The notes below the pieces were generated by a model. It was given only the letters and a program-made list of their open reading frames with translations, was not told the DNA's origin and did no database searches. Shown here piece by piece: positions 50,051 through 58,273 of a stretch of 64,000 nucleotides of DNA. Source of the stretch: a bacterium (GTDB lineage Bacteria > Hydrothermota > Tepidihabitantia > SM23-42); the NCBI GenBank assembly GCA_049647165.1, contig JBARXB010000057.1:36533-100532 (forward strand), read 5' to 3'. Each line of letters begins with the position of its first letter. Position 1 is the first letter of the stretch. The position numbers were made by a program, and so were the translations under genes.

Positions 50051-50078
50051 ATTATAGTAACAAAATATATGATGTCAA
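50051..50078 (-). promoter_or_regulatory. consensus promoter TTGACA-16-TATAAT for the TM + HEPN operon
   Basis: Read on the minus strand: TTGACA at 50078-50073 and TATAAT at 50056-50051. Confidence 0.55.
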
Positions 50079-50230
50079 GTGTGTTGCAGGAGTTAGCTTT
50101 TATTATACTCTTCTTGAATCATAACACACGATATTTCAAAAAGTCTTGCCGAATTATTGTCATACAAGTCAAGTTCGATGCCGAGATATTGTAGAATAAC
50201 AAGTCAAGATAAATACAGACAGGGGAGAGG

Positions 50231-50258
50231 TTGACACATATAGGTTCATAAATATAAT
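50231..50258 (+). promoter_or_regulatory. consensus promoter TTGACA-16-TATAAT for the 54-aa ORF
   Basis: TTGACA at 50231-50236, TATAAT at 50253-50258, SD GAGGAGG at 50266-50272, ATG at 50277. Confidence 0.55.
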
Positions 50259-50276
50259 TGAAGCAGAGGAGGAATA

Positions 50277-50441
50277 ATGAATAAAGATAAAGACCAAATA
50301 GAAGAAGAACAACTAAGATCAAAATTACACGGGAAACCCGAAATATTTGCATTACACGAAATGGCAGTACTCTTACTTAAAATAAACACCAAGCTTGATA
50401 GAATTATAATAAACACTAAGGTTATTAGTGAGAATGCATAA
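50277..50441 (+). CDS. 54-aa hypothetical protein (below the ORF-track cutoff) with strong expression signals
   Basis: Hand translation: MNKDKDQIEEEQLRSKLHGKPEIFALHEMAVLLLKINTKLDRIIINTKVISENA. Consensus promoter and SD lie immediately upstream. Confidence 0.5.
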   Translation: MNKDKDQIEEEQLRSKLHGKPEIFALHEMAVLLLKINTKLDRIIINTKVISENA

Positions 50442-50572
50442 TACTTAATACCCCAATATCTTCTTATGCATCTGCGTTTTTTTCTTCGCTTGCGTCGTGT
50501 TTTCTTCCGGTTTGGTATTTTTCCTGTGTATGCTAAATGAAACGTTATGTTGTAGTTTGCACCACAAAGGTA

Positions 50573-51643
50573 TTAGTCGTTTCTTGAAAACATAGCGATT
50601 TGGTGGGATTTCTCCTCCTGTCGATCAGCATATTTCTTGAACAAGGCATGTTTACGGTCTAAATACTGGGTAGGAGGGACGTTGTCGTATAAGTAGTGGT
50701 ATAATGTGATGCAGCTACTTCCATGGTATTTGAAATAGTAGCTGGGATGCTTTCGTTTTAGTGTATACATAGTCCTTTTAGGCAGTGCAGCTCTTGCTAA
50801 CTCTGATAACATCCCCTCAATGAATAGGCGAGAACCACTGTAAAAGCTTGCAGTTAAGTGGCGCTTACCTTTTTCAAAATACACAGAGCCATCTCCATCC
50901 CAGCAACCACGTATGAAATGGCGGATATATTTTTTGGGTATGGTCGGGAATGCTATATCAAGGCTCTTTGTAGTTTTCAAGCCTAGACGGATCAGATCAG
51001 GGTAAATAGATGAACAAGTAATATTAAAGTAGTACACAGAGCCGGATACACTATTATCATATATTTTTCTTCTACGGTAGTGCACGCGTGCATTGCATTT
51101 TAATAGCGACAGAACTTTGCCTACCAGCTCCCGCTCCTTCTGTGCAAGGCTTATGATAGGTGTCCTTCTTGTGGATTCCTTTCCGTGATGAATTTGCATA
51201 CTTAAACAACCATCTGTGTATAAAATGCCCAATACGTATGCCATTGCATTGGACCAAGTTGAAAAAAAACTCTGGTTATATTTTATTCTTCTGTGTATTA
51301 CGGTTTTCGTATCACCAATGTTACTTACTTTCTCAACTTTTATTTTTTCTTGATTCAATGCAAGAATCCGTGCGGATCGTAAGTTTCTGGATGGTAGATT
51401 GTATTGACGCATTTTCTTATATACGTATTGACGAGAACAACTACAGTCAATAGAAATTTCACTTAATGACCTCTTGGCGATCAAGTATTGTTCTATTAAA
51501 AATTTCTTAGTGAGTTTCTTGCTGGCAATTCCATGTTTTCTGATATGCTGTTTATGTCTATTTTCAGCTTCTTTATGATAACATTTTACACAGAGTCCAC
51601 GTGATAGATGTTTCACTTTTGTCGTACCACATTTCGTGCACAT
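50573..51643 (-). CDS. free-standing double-motif LAGLIDADG endonuclease-family protein with N-terminal Zn-ribbon and HTH
   Basis: CTKCG..CVKCY zinc ribbon. HTH-like RSLSEISIDCSCSRQYVYKKMRQYNL. LAGLIDADG motifs YVLGILYTDGC and FIRGCWDGDGS, both keeping the acidic residue. Start taken at ATG 51643; the track GTG at 51664 is possible. Confidence 0.8.
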   Translation of the reverse strand: MCTKCGTTKVKHLSRGLCVKCYHKEAENRHKQHIRKHGIASKKLTKKFLIEQYLIAKRSLSEISIDCSCSRQYVYKKMRQYNLPSRNLRSARILALNQEKIKVEKVSNIGDTKTVIHRRIKYNQSFFSTWSNAMAYVLGILYTDGCLSMQIHHGKESTRRTPIISLAQKERELVGKVLSLLKCNARVHYRRRKIYDNSVSGSVYYFNITCSSIYPDLIRLGLKTTKSLDIAFPTIPKKYIRHFIRGCWDGDGSVYFEKGKRHLTASFYSGSRLFIEGMLSELARAALPKRTMYTLKRKHPSYYFKYHGSSCITLYHYLYDNVPPTQYLDRKHALFKKYADRQEEKSHQIAMFSRND

Positions 51644-51669
51644 TTTATACTTTCGTGCCCACACATGTC

Positions 51670-51697
51670 ATTATATGAAAAAAGCACTAACGGTCAA
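51670..51697 (-). promoter_or_regulatory. promoter TTGACC-16-TATAAT for the LAGLIDADG gene
   Basis: Read on the minus strand: TTGACC at 51697-51692 and TATAAT at 51675-51670. Confidence 0.5.
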
Positions 51698-52237
51698 GTA
51701 ATATGAAAGGGGGTATGTCTAGCTCGAATCAGTGAGGAAACTATTAGTATAGGTTTTTGCTAGTTGACATAATCTTTGTTATCAGACCCAAGTGGACTAA
51801 GGATTATATCACGCAAACCCTTGTGAAATATGATAAAAGCGCTATTTTGTCCTCTTGTGATCGCTTCAGGAAGAACCCTCTTTTCTTGATCTATCAGTCC
51901 ATATTCAATGAAAATGATTCAGGATTGTTTTAATTAGTATTAGCAAATTACAATGAGTAAGAAAATATTTCAAGGATTTCTCTGGCATATGCTTCTCCCT
52001 TGTTAGTATCTGTCACCCTGTATATATGCAGAGTCGATGTGATCATTAATTGATTCGTCTATCAGTGGTTTTAATTCTTTATGCCTGATTTAATGAAGAA
52101 AATATTAACTGTGCATGATAGCACAGACCCTATAATAGCAACACTTTCCTGTGATTAGTCTATTTGAAAAATCTTATATCCTTTTTGCTTTTCTAATAAC
52201 TTAATAACTCATTTACTTAATTACACTATCCTGTTCT

Positions 52238-52348
52238 ATAATGAAGCAAACCCATCCAACTATTGGACGGGTTTGCGGTTCAAGAATGAAGAATCGGCAA
52301 TAATGCCTTTTCTATGTATAATTATAATCACTCTTTGAAAAAAATCAA
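52238..52348 (-). ncRNA. candidate small RNA unit: promoter TTGATT-16-TATAAT, about 70 nt, then a 13-bp hairpin
   Basis: Read on the minus strand: TTGATT at 52348-52343 and TATAAT at 52326-52321. Hairpin at 52276-52246 (GCAAACCC.TCCAA / TTGGA.GGGTTTGC, one mismatch), followed by UUCAUUAU. Confidence 0.25.
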
Positions 52349-52434
52349 GTACTAAGTTGATCTTTATTTTGCCATAATTCTATAAATCACTTTAATTCAA
52401 TAACGTTATATTCTGTATTATAGGGAGTTTATCG

Positions 52435-52791
52435 TTATTTGTTCTTATTTGGAAACCAGCCACCAGACTGCAATCTTAGGTCTTTGAGCAGGTCTTTGAC
52501 TGTATCTGCCTCATTCTTTTTTACCATTAATTTGGCTGGATCTGCCCAGGGTTTTACCAAACCCAGGTGACGTTCACCTTTAAAATAATAATATATGCCG
52601 GCTGCATCGAGTATTGATTTAATTATCGCTACATCACCATGGCTATATGTACTGAGCACAGCTATGAGTTCAGAAAAATCTTCTTCTCCCCTGGATTCTT
52701 TCTCGTTAAGTTCATTAACGAGCTTGACACCACATTCCGGACATATTTTTATTCCTTCGACATACTCAGCTTTGCATTCTGGACAAAACAT
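52435..52791 (-). CDS. zinc-ribbon + DUF2007-like (PII-fold) small protein
   Basis: MFCPECKAEY..ICPECG zinc ribbon. The C-terminal segment resembles DUF2007 (putative signal-transducing domain). Confidence 0.65.
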   Translation of the reverse strand: MFCPECKAEYVEGIKICPECGVKLVNELNEKESRGEEDFSELIAVLSTYSHGDVAIIKSILDAAGIYYYFKGERHLGLVKPWADPAKLMVKKNEADTVKDLLKDLRLQSGGWFPNKNK

Positions 52792-52797
52792 ATTTCT

Positions 52798-52825
52798 AGT
52801 ATATACGCGTATTTTTATCCGTCAA
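52798..52825 (-). promoter_or_regulatory. promoter TTGACG-16-TATACT ending 6 nt before the ATG (leaderless candidate)
   Basis: Read on the minus strand: TTGACG at 52825-52820, TATACT at 52803-52798, ATG at 52791. No SD. Confidence 0.45.
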
Positions 52826-52912
52826 GAAGCTATCTACTCTTAAGCCTTGACATTCACGTTATATTCAGTAAGATTACAATAGATATTTATATATATATGA
52901 AAAGGGGGTTAT

Positions 52913-55279
52913 ATGAAATTGGTGTCGTTGTTAATGGTTGTGACATGTTTGGGCGCTGCCAATATACACACACACGGTGTAGAAACACCTTACCAAATAC
53001 TACCCGATGAGAACGCAACGCTCATATCGTTTTCTAACGGTATTGTATTTGACACTCGGATCGGTGAACCTGAACTTCCTGCTGCATTGACAATCCATAG
53101 TCAACAAGGCGATGGTTATTATCTCATTCAAATGACAGGACCAATCTATGACGCGTGGACTGAAGAATTAAAAGGTACTGGTATTGACATCGTCGGTTAT
53201 ATACCACACTATGCATACCTTGTTCAGGCATCAGCAGAAGAAATTGCCCAGGCACGATCCTTACCATTTGTAGGCTGGACCGGTATTTACCAACCCGCTT
53301 ATAAATTGGAAAAGGATCTGTTGAACAATGAAGCAAGTGTACGCCTCGTTGTCCAGGCGTTTCCGAATGAAGACCTTGATGCATTGGGTCTGCAGATCAT
53401 GGAAATGGGTTATGATGTTGTAGAAAGGGTGGATCATCCATTATGCAAGACTCTTGATATTATCGTTCCTGCAGAAGATATAAGCTATATCGCTAATATC
53501 ACGAGTGTGCTTTGGATACAAAAGTGGACGGAACCGACTTTTACTAATCAAAATTGTCAGTGGGTTCTGCAAACCGGCTGGCGTTCAAGTATTCCGTCAG
53601 ACCCAGGTGCCCGGCAGGTATGGTTTAATGGTGTTGTTGGTAATGGCGTTGTTCTAAGCAGCACTGATTCAGGCATTACGACAAATCACCAGCAGTATTA
53701 TGATGCTTCATATCCCATAACTTCTCCTGGCGTATTTCCGAACCATCGCAAGATCGTTGGATATAAGAACTATCAAGGAGCCGTTTTTGGTGATAATTCG
53801 GCCTTTGGATATCATGGTACACATGTTAACTGCACAATTGCCGGGAATGATACGACGCTGGGTTCAAGCAATTATGACGGTATGGCAAAACAAGCGCGCA
53901 TCTACTTCGTGGATATCGGCAGTAACAGTGGTCTTGTTGTTCCCCAGAATTTGACCGCGATGTATGATACTATCCATCTTGGCCGCGGACTCCCCTATAC
54001 GATTCTGCAGCATTCAGGCTCATGGGGTTGGGGTAATTCGAGCGGTACATATCTATTACAGGATGCGTCAACCGATGCTTATGCCTATGCAAATCCGGAC
54101 TTTTTGAATCTGTATGCAGCAGGTAATGAATATTCTGCCATGAGGATTAGAAATCCAGGCATGGCTAAAAATGTCCTGACTGTCGGCGCAATGCTCAATA
54201 GTACGAATTCCACCTCGATCGCATCATTCTCGAGCCGGGGACCAACTCAGGATGGACGTATGAAACCGAATATCATGGCACCTGGTGATGGCACGACTTT
54301 GTGGGCTGGCCTTATATCTGCCAATGGCTCAGGCACAAACGGTTATATAGGTATGTCAGGTACGAGCATGGCAACTCCAGCATCAAATGGCTCAATCGGT
54401 TTGATAAGACATTATCTGCTTGCTGGTTTTTATCCAACCGGCAGTGTAAATACTAGTGATTCTATAAAATATCAAAGTGCTGCACTTCTAAGGTCTATGG
54501 CAATGGCTTCTTGTGATCCCAATGTTGGCTTTACTATACCCAATGCCAATGTGGGTTGGGGTCGTATTGATGTGGATAGTATTCTGTTCTTTGCTGGGGA
54601 TTCAAGGAACTTGATCCTTGTCGATGATACTATTGGTGTCACCACAGGCATGTCAATTACTGATTCCTTCGTTGTTAATTCGGCAATACCGTTGCGTGTT
54701 TGCCTTGCCTGGACTGATACTGCCGCATCATCTGGCGCAAACCCCACACTCGTCAATAATCTACATCTTGAACTAACCGCGCCCAGCGGAACTTTCTATC
54801 GAGGTAATCAGTATAGCGGTGGACAATCATCTTCAAACCCCTCATCCTGGGATAACATAAATGTCGAAGAGTGTGCCCGTATCAATAGCCCGCAAACCGG
54901 AGTCTGGCATATTACGGTCATTGGTCAGAATGTCCCGAATGGTCCTATGGGATTTGCCTATGCGGTAACTGGAGATCTTAGTTTCAATCCAGGTATCGAA
55001 GAAAATACGAGCAACCTTATACCGACAACGAGAATAAGTAATTTCGGTTCAATAGTAAAAGACAAGCTCAGTTTTGAAATCAACTTACATATGACGACCG
55101 ATGTTTCAGTGAGGATACTTGACCTTACCGGCAGGGTAGTAACCGATGTTATCGACAGCAGATTACCACAGGGTCTGAATACAATTGAAAGATCGCTCGA
55201 CTTAGCCAGCGGTGTGTACTTTGTGAAAGTAGATGCAGGTGAATTCCAAAAGATCGAAAAATTACTCGTAGTCAGATAA
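52913..55279 (+). CDS. secreted subtilisin-family (S8) serine peptidase with T9SS C-terminal sorting domain
   Basis: Catalytic triad motifs SSTDSGI, HGTHV, GMSGTSMATP. The last ~80 aa (..SGVYFVKV..LLVVR) match the T9SS CTD pattern. SD AAAGGGGG. Confidence 0.9.
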   Translation: MKLVSLLMVVTCLGAANIHTHGVETPYQILPDENATLISFSNGIVFDTRIGEPELPAALTIHSQQGDGYYLIQMTGPIYDAWTEELKGTGIDIVGYIPHYAYLVQASAEEIAQARSLPFVGWTGIYQPAYKLEKDLLNNEASVRLVVQAFPNEDLDALGLQIMEMGYDVVERVDHPLCKTLDIIVPAEDISYIANITSVLWIQKWTEPTFTNQNCQWVLQTGWRSSIPSDPGARQVWFNGVVGNGVVLSSTDSGITTNHQQYYDASYPITSPGVFPNHRKIVGYKNYQGAVFGDNSAFGYHGTHVNCTIAGNDTTLGSSNYDGMAKQARIYFVDIGSNSGLVVPQNLTAMYDTIHLGRGLPYTILQHSGSWGWGNSSGTYLLQDASTDAYAYANPDFLNLYAAGNEYSAMRIRNPGMAKNVLTVGAMLNSTNSTSIASFSSRGPTQDGRMKPNIMAPGDGTTLWAGLISANGSGTNGYIGMSGTSMATPASNGSIGLIRHYLLAGFYPTGSVNTSDSIKYQSAALLRSMAMASCDPNVGFTIPNANVGWGRIDVDSILFFAGDSRNLILVDDTIGVTTGMSITDSFVVNSAIPLRVCLAWTDTAASSGANPTLVNNLHLELTAPSGTFYRGNQYSGGQSSSNPSSWDNINVEECARINSPQTGVWHITVIGQNVPNGPMGFAYAVTGDLSFNPGIEENTSNLIPTTRISNFGSIVKDKLSFEINLHMTTDVSVRILDLTGRVVTDVIDSRLPQGLNTIERSLDLASGVYFVKVDAGEFQKIEKLLVVR

Positions 55280-55296
55280 AAAATGCCAATAAAAAA

Positions 55297-55321
55297 GGGG
55301 CGGATTTGCCGCCCCTTTTTT
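55297..55321. terminator. bidirectional intrinsic terminator between the S8 peptidase gene and hisS
   Basis: GGGGCGG-ATTTG-CCGCCCC, flanked by A6 upstream and T6 downstream. Confidence 0.8.
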
Positions 55322-55332
55322 ATTAGTACTGC

Positions 55333-56571
55333 TCATATATTTCTAAGAAAGTCGGAAAAACTCTCTAAAGCTACTTGTTCCTGCTTACCGCTTTCCATAT
55401 TTTTTATACTGCACATCTTTAATCGAGCTTCATCCTCGCCGTACAAGATCGTGTATTCAGCTTGGCTACGATGAGATCTTTTAAGCTGTTGTTTGATGGA
55501 ATCCTCTGGATTTCCCATAATACATATATGATCAAAGCTCTGTATCAAATCCCTCAATCTCACAGCTTCGCTGATCAATTCTTTGCCGATTGCAGCAATG
55601 AAGAATTTTTTTCTTGTTTTAAGATAAGGTTTTTCTTTGGGTAAACCAAGAAGCATCCTATCAACACCCATTGCCCAGCCTAAAGCGGGCGCGTCCCCCC
55701 CACCGAGTTCAGCCATAAGCAGGTCATATCGACCACCGGCGAGTATCGTATCTTGAGCACCGAGCAGTTTATGTTTAAATTCAAATACAGTTCGTGTGTA
55801 GTAGTCAAGACCACGTACGAGCTTTTGGTTTTCATCGAATACAACGCCAAATATATGTAGATAATCTTTGACCGTCTCATAATGCTGTTTGCAGTCGGCA
55901 CAGAGATTGCCAGTGATCTTTGGAGCTCCCTCATATATTTCCTGACATTTATCTTCTTTGCAATCAAAGATACGAAGGAAATTCTTGCTCAATCTAACCA
56001 TACAATTTGGACAGAGCATATTAGTTTTTGATTCAAGATAGTCTTTGAGAATTTTTTTATATTTCTGACGGCAAACCGGACATCCAATCGAATTGATCTC
56101 GATTATGAAATCACTGGCACCAATAGATTCCAAAAATCTCTTTCCTTGCTCGATCATCTCTGCATCATATAAAGCATCACCTTCACCGATCATTTCGATA
56201 CCTATCTGGAGGAATTCACGATACCTGCCTTTTTGAGGCCGTTCTCTCCGAAACATAGGTTCAATATATATAAAACGACATGGCAGGGGTATTTTATTTT
56301 CGATTATCGCCCGAAGAACAGATGCGGTACCCTCGGGTCTGAGCATATAAACTTTTTTGCTTGATTCAAGCGTATAATTCTCTTTCTCAACGATATCCGT
56401 GTGCTCGCCTATTGAGCGAATAAAAAGCTCAGCGTTTTCAAAAGTTGGAGTCCTTATTTCTTGATAGCCATTTTTGCCAAAGAAATTACGTGCGGTATTA
56501 CATACTGCTTCATGTCTTTGCAGTTCTCTGCCATAAATGTCTCTTGTGCCTTTAGGTTTTTGATATAGCAT
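55333..56571 (-). CDS. hisS: histidyl-tRNA synthetase
   Basis: Class II motifs (MFRRERPQKGRYREF, GGGRYD) and a C-terminal anticodon-binding domain. Confidence 0.95.
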   Translation of the reverse strand: MLYQKPKGTRDIYGRELQRHEAVCNTARNFFGKNGYQEIRTPTFENAELFIRSIGEHTDIVEKENYTLESSKKVYMLRPEGTASVLRAIIENKIPLPCRFIYIEPMFRRERPQKGRYREFLQIGIEMIGEGDALYDAEMIEQGKRFLESIGASDFIIEINSIGCPVCRQKYKKILKDYLESKTNMLCPNCMVRLSKNFLRIFDCKEDKCQEIYEGAPKITGNLCADCKQHYETVKDYLHIFGVVFDENQKLVRGLDYYTRTVFEFKHKLLGAQDTILAGGRYDLLMAELGGGDAPALGWAMGVDRMLLGLPKEKPYLKTRKKFFIAAIGKELISEAVRLRDLIQSFDHICIMGNPEDSIKQQLKRSHRSQAEYTILYGEDEARLKMCSIKNMESGKQEQVALESFSDFLRNI

Positions 56572-56902
56572 TTCTAATCAAGCTTCTGCGATGAAAAATT
56601 ATATATGATGCAATTAATCCTATCATGCCAAATAAAATATCAAGGATTTCAAATTCACGTCCGGGTATAAATAGTTGTTGCATTTCTGCAATTATGACAA
56701 CACTGCATCCGACGGTAAAGAATACAGCTGTTTTTAAAAGCCGATATTCCAATAAGCCAAGAATAAAGAAAAGTACAAAGTGGTATAATTTGTCGATCGG
56801 AAAATGTTTTAAAGTAGGAACTCTCAGGCTTGGATAGCCAGTTAGAATAAGTATTACAATGATCCAGAAAATGAGAAGAATTACTTTTGCAATTTTTTTC
56901 AT
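56552..56902 (-). CDS. VanZ-like membrane protein
   Basis: Start moved to MKKIAKV (ATGA overlap with the upstream stop). DKLYHF.., EMQQLFIPGREFEILD motifs. Confidence 0.7.
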   Translation of the reverse strand: MKKIAKVILLIFWIIVILILTGYPSLRVPTLKHFPIDKLYHFVLFFILGLLEYRLLKTAVFFTVGCSVVIIAEMQQLFIPGREFEILDILFGMIGLIASYIIFHRRSLIRNAISKT

Positions 56903-57336
56903 TCTTCTTCTTCCCATTCTTTAATAACATCTATTACATTTTCCGCATTTCGACAATTAATGATCTCATTTTTAAGGTTATCGTCATTCATCAAGCGTAA
57001 GGTATGTGCCAATATTGCTGTATGATCATCATTCTTAGCAAAAAGATGGAGGATAATGATCTTTATCGGTACAAGGTCAAAACTTTTAAACTTAAGACCT
57101 TTTTGCACAATACCCATTATGACTTCGGTCTTCCTTTGGTTATCAAGAACAATACGCGGCAAAGCAACACCCTTGCCTAATGCGGTTGACATAATCGATT
57201 CTCGTTCCATAATCTGTTCTATGACATGTGATGTATCTGCTTCACTGAATTGCAGTAAAGATTCTATGGCCTGCTGGTAATTCGCAGCACTAATATCAAA
57301 GAGGATTTTGTTCTTATTAAGGTATTCAGCTAACAT
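56899..57336 (-). CDS. PTS EIIA(Ntr/Fru)-type domain protein lacking the phospho-acceptor His
   Basis: [17 protein letters not shown] aligns with the PtsN G(I/V)A(I/L)PH motif, but an Arg replaces the His. Confidence 0.65.
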   Translation of the reverse strand: MLAEYLNKNKILFDISAANYQQAIESLLQFSEADTSHVIEQIMERESIMSTALGKGVALPRIVLDNQRKTEVIMGIVQKGLKFKSFDLVPIKIIILHLFAKNDDHTAILAHTLRLMNDDNLKNEIINCRNAENVIDVIKEWEEEE

Positions 57337-57514
57337 TATTATTATAAAAATCGTTTTCTATTTCTTCAAAGTACTCTTTTGCGGCTCCGCAGTCAGGACA
57401 CCCCCAGTATTCAGGTAGATCATTAAAAGGTAATCCCGGTTCCAAACCTGATTCAGTATCCCCTATCTTCGGATCATATACATACCCGCATATCCCACAC
57501 CGCCATTTTTTCAT
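57326..57514 (-). CDS. rubredoxin
   Basis: [12 protein letters not shown] .. [10 protein letters not shown]: two CxxCG knuckles. Confidence 0.9.
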   Translation of the reverse strand: MKKWRCGICGYVYDPKIGDTESGLEPGLPFNDLPEYWGCPDCGAAKEYFEEIENDFYNNNVS

Positions 57515-57541
57515 CTAATATCAACCTATTCTATAATTATA

Positions 57542-58255
57542 CTATAGATTTTTAAAAATCTCAAGTACAAAATTGATTAGAATATCCATCCCTTTTGCTA
57601 ACTCTTGTTCGGTAACATACCTGGTAAAATGTTCAGCACCTCCAACTATATCAGATACAAGTAAGAAGGAAGCAGCTTCTTTCTTACTGCGGTTAGCCAA
57701 ATAGTATATTAAACTTGTTTCCATTTCCACCGCAGCTATCCCCTGTGTTCGCAGATCCTTAACATAATCAAAAGAAGGGTTGTAGAATACATCGACACTT
57801 GCAACGCCACTAAAACAGACATTGATATCCGCTGATTTTGCAATATCATAAGCGGTCTTTAGTATGGAAAATGTCGCATACGGTGCATGTGGTACGCCTT
57901 TCAGGTAGGTCTGTGTTGTGCCGTCAAAAGGTGAAGCAGCTACTGCAGCGACAATATCTAACGGCTTTATTGCTTCGCCTATACCACCGCATGTGCCGAT
58001 TCGAATGAATCTTTTTACATCTAGTTGGATCAACTCTTCGACCACTATTGCCGCTGAAGGACACCCCATACCAGTTGTCTGCACCGATACTTTCTTGCCC
58101 GCATATTCTCCAGTATACCCGAAAAGCGCCCGATTATCGTTCACTAATTTTGCTCTTTGTAAAATCTTGCTGATTTTGTCAGCTCTACCTGGGTCTCCGA
58201 CCAATAATACGGTCGGTGCATAGTCTCCTTTGTTCGCTTTCAAATGTATCGGCAT
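57542..58255 (-). CDS. deoD: purine nucleoside phosphorylase, DeoD-type (PNP_UDP_1 family)
   Basis: VLLVGDPGRA, GMGCPSAAI, RIGTCGG and VEMET motifs align with hexameric DeoD-type PNPs. Confidence 0.8.
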   Translation of the reverse strand: MPIHLKANKGDYAPTVLLVGDPGRADKISKILQRAKLVNDNRALFGYTGEYAGKKVSVQTTGMGCPSAAIVVEELIQLDVKRFIRIGTCGGIGEAIKPLDIVAAVAASPFDGTTQTYLKGVPHAPYATFSILKTAYDIAKSADINVCFSGVASVDVFYNPSFDYVKDLRTQGIAAVEMETSLIYYLANRSKKEAASFLLVSDIVGGAEHFTRYVTEQELAKGMDILINFVLEIFKNL

Positions 58256-58273
58256 ATTACCTCCTTTAATTTC

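Noticed and set aside
50119-50352. 77-aa hydrophobic minus-strand ORF that could be a small membrane toxin
   Set aside because: It has no SD or promoter and spans the divergent promoter region. It overlaps the much better signalled plus-strand 54-aa ORF. Its hydrophobicity is expected from antisense reading of A-rich sequence.
51763-52090. Short stop-interrupted minus-strand frames (for example ..GLIDQEKRVLPEAITRGQNSAFIIFHKGLRDIILSPLG..) that might be pseudogene remnants
   Set aside because: Each is under 55 codons, lacks a start codon and matches no motif I know. Such frames arise by chance, so no pseudogene is called.
50026-52434. Idea that the LAGLIDADG ORF and its non-coding flanks form a group I intron or intein remnant
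   Set aside because: I could find no flanking exons of a host gene. The ORF has its own consensus promoter, and I could not recognise group I core elements by eye. The idea is kept only as a check under the findings.
52803-52812. Perfect 10-nt palindrome ATACGCGTAT upstream of the DUF2007 gene, as a possible operator
   Set aside because: It lies within the promoter spacer and is short. With no second copy or partner regulator there is not enough evidence.
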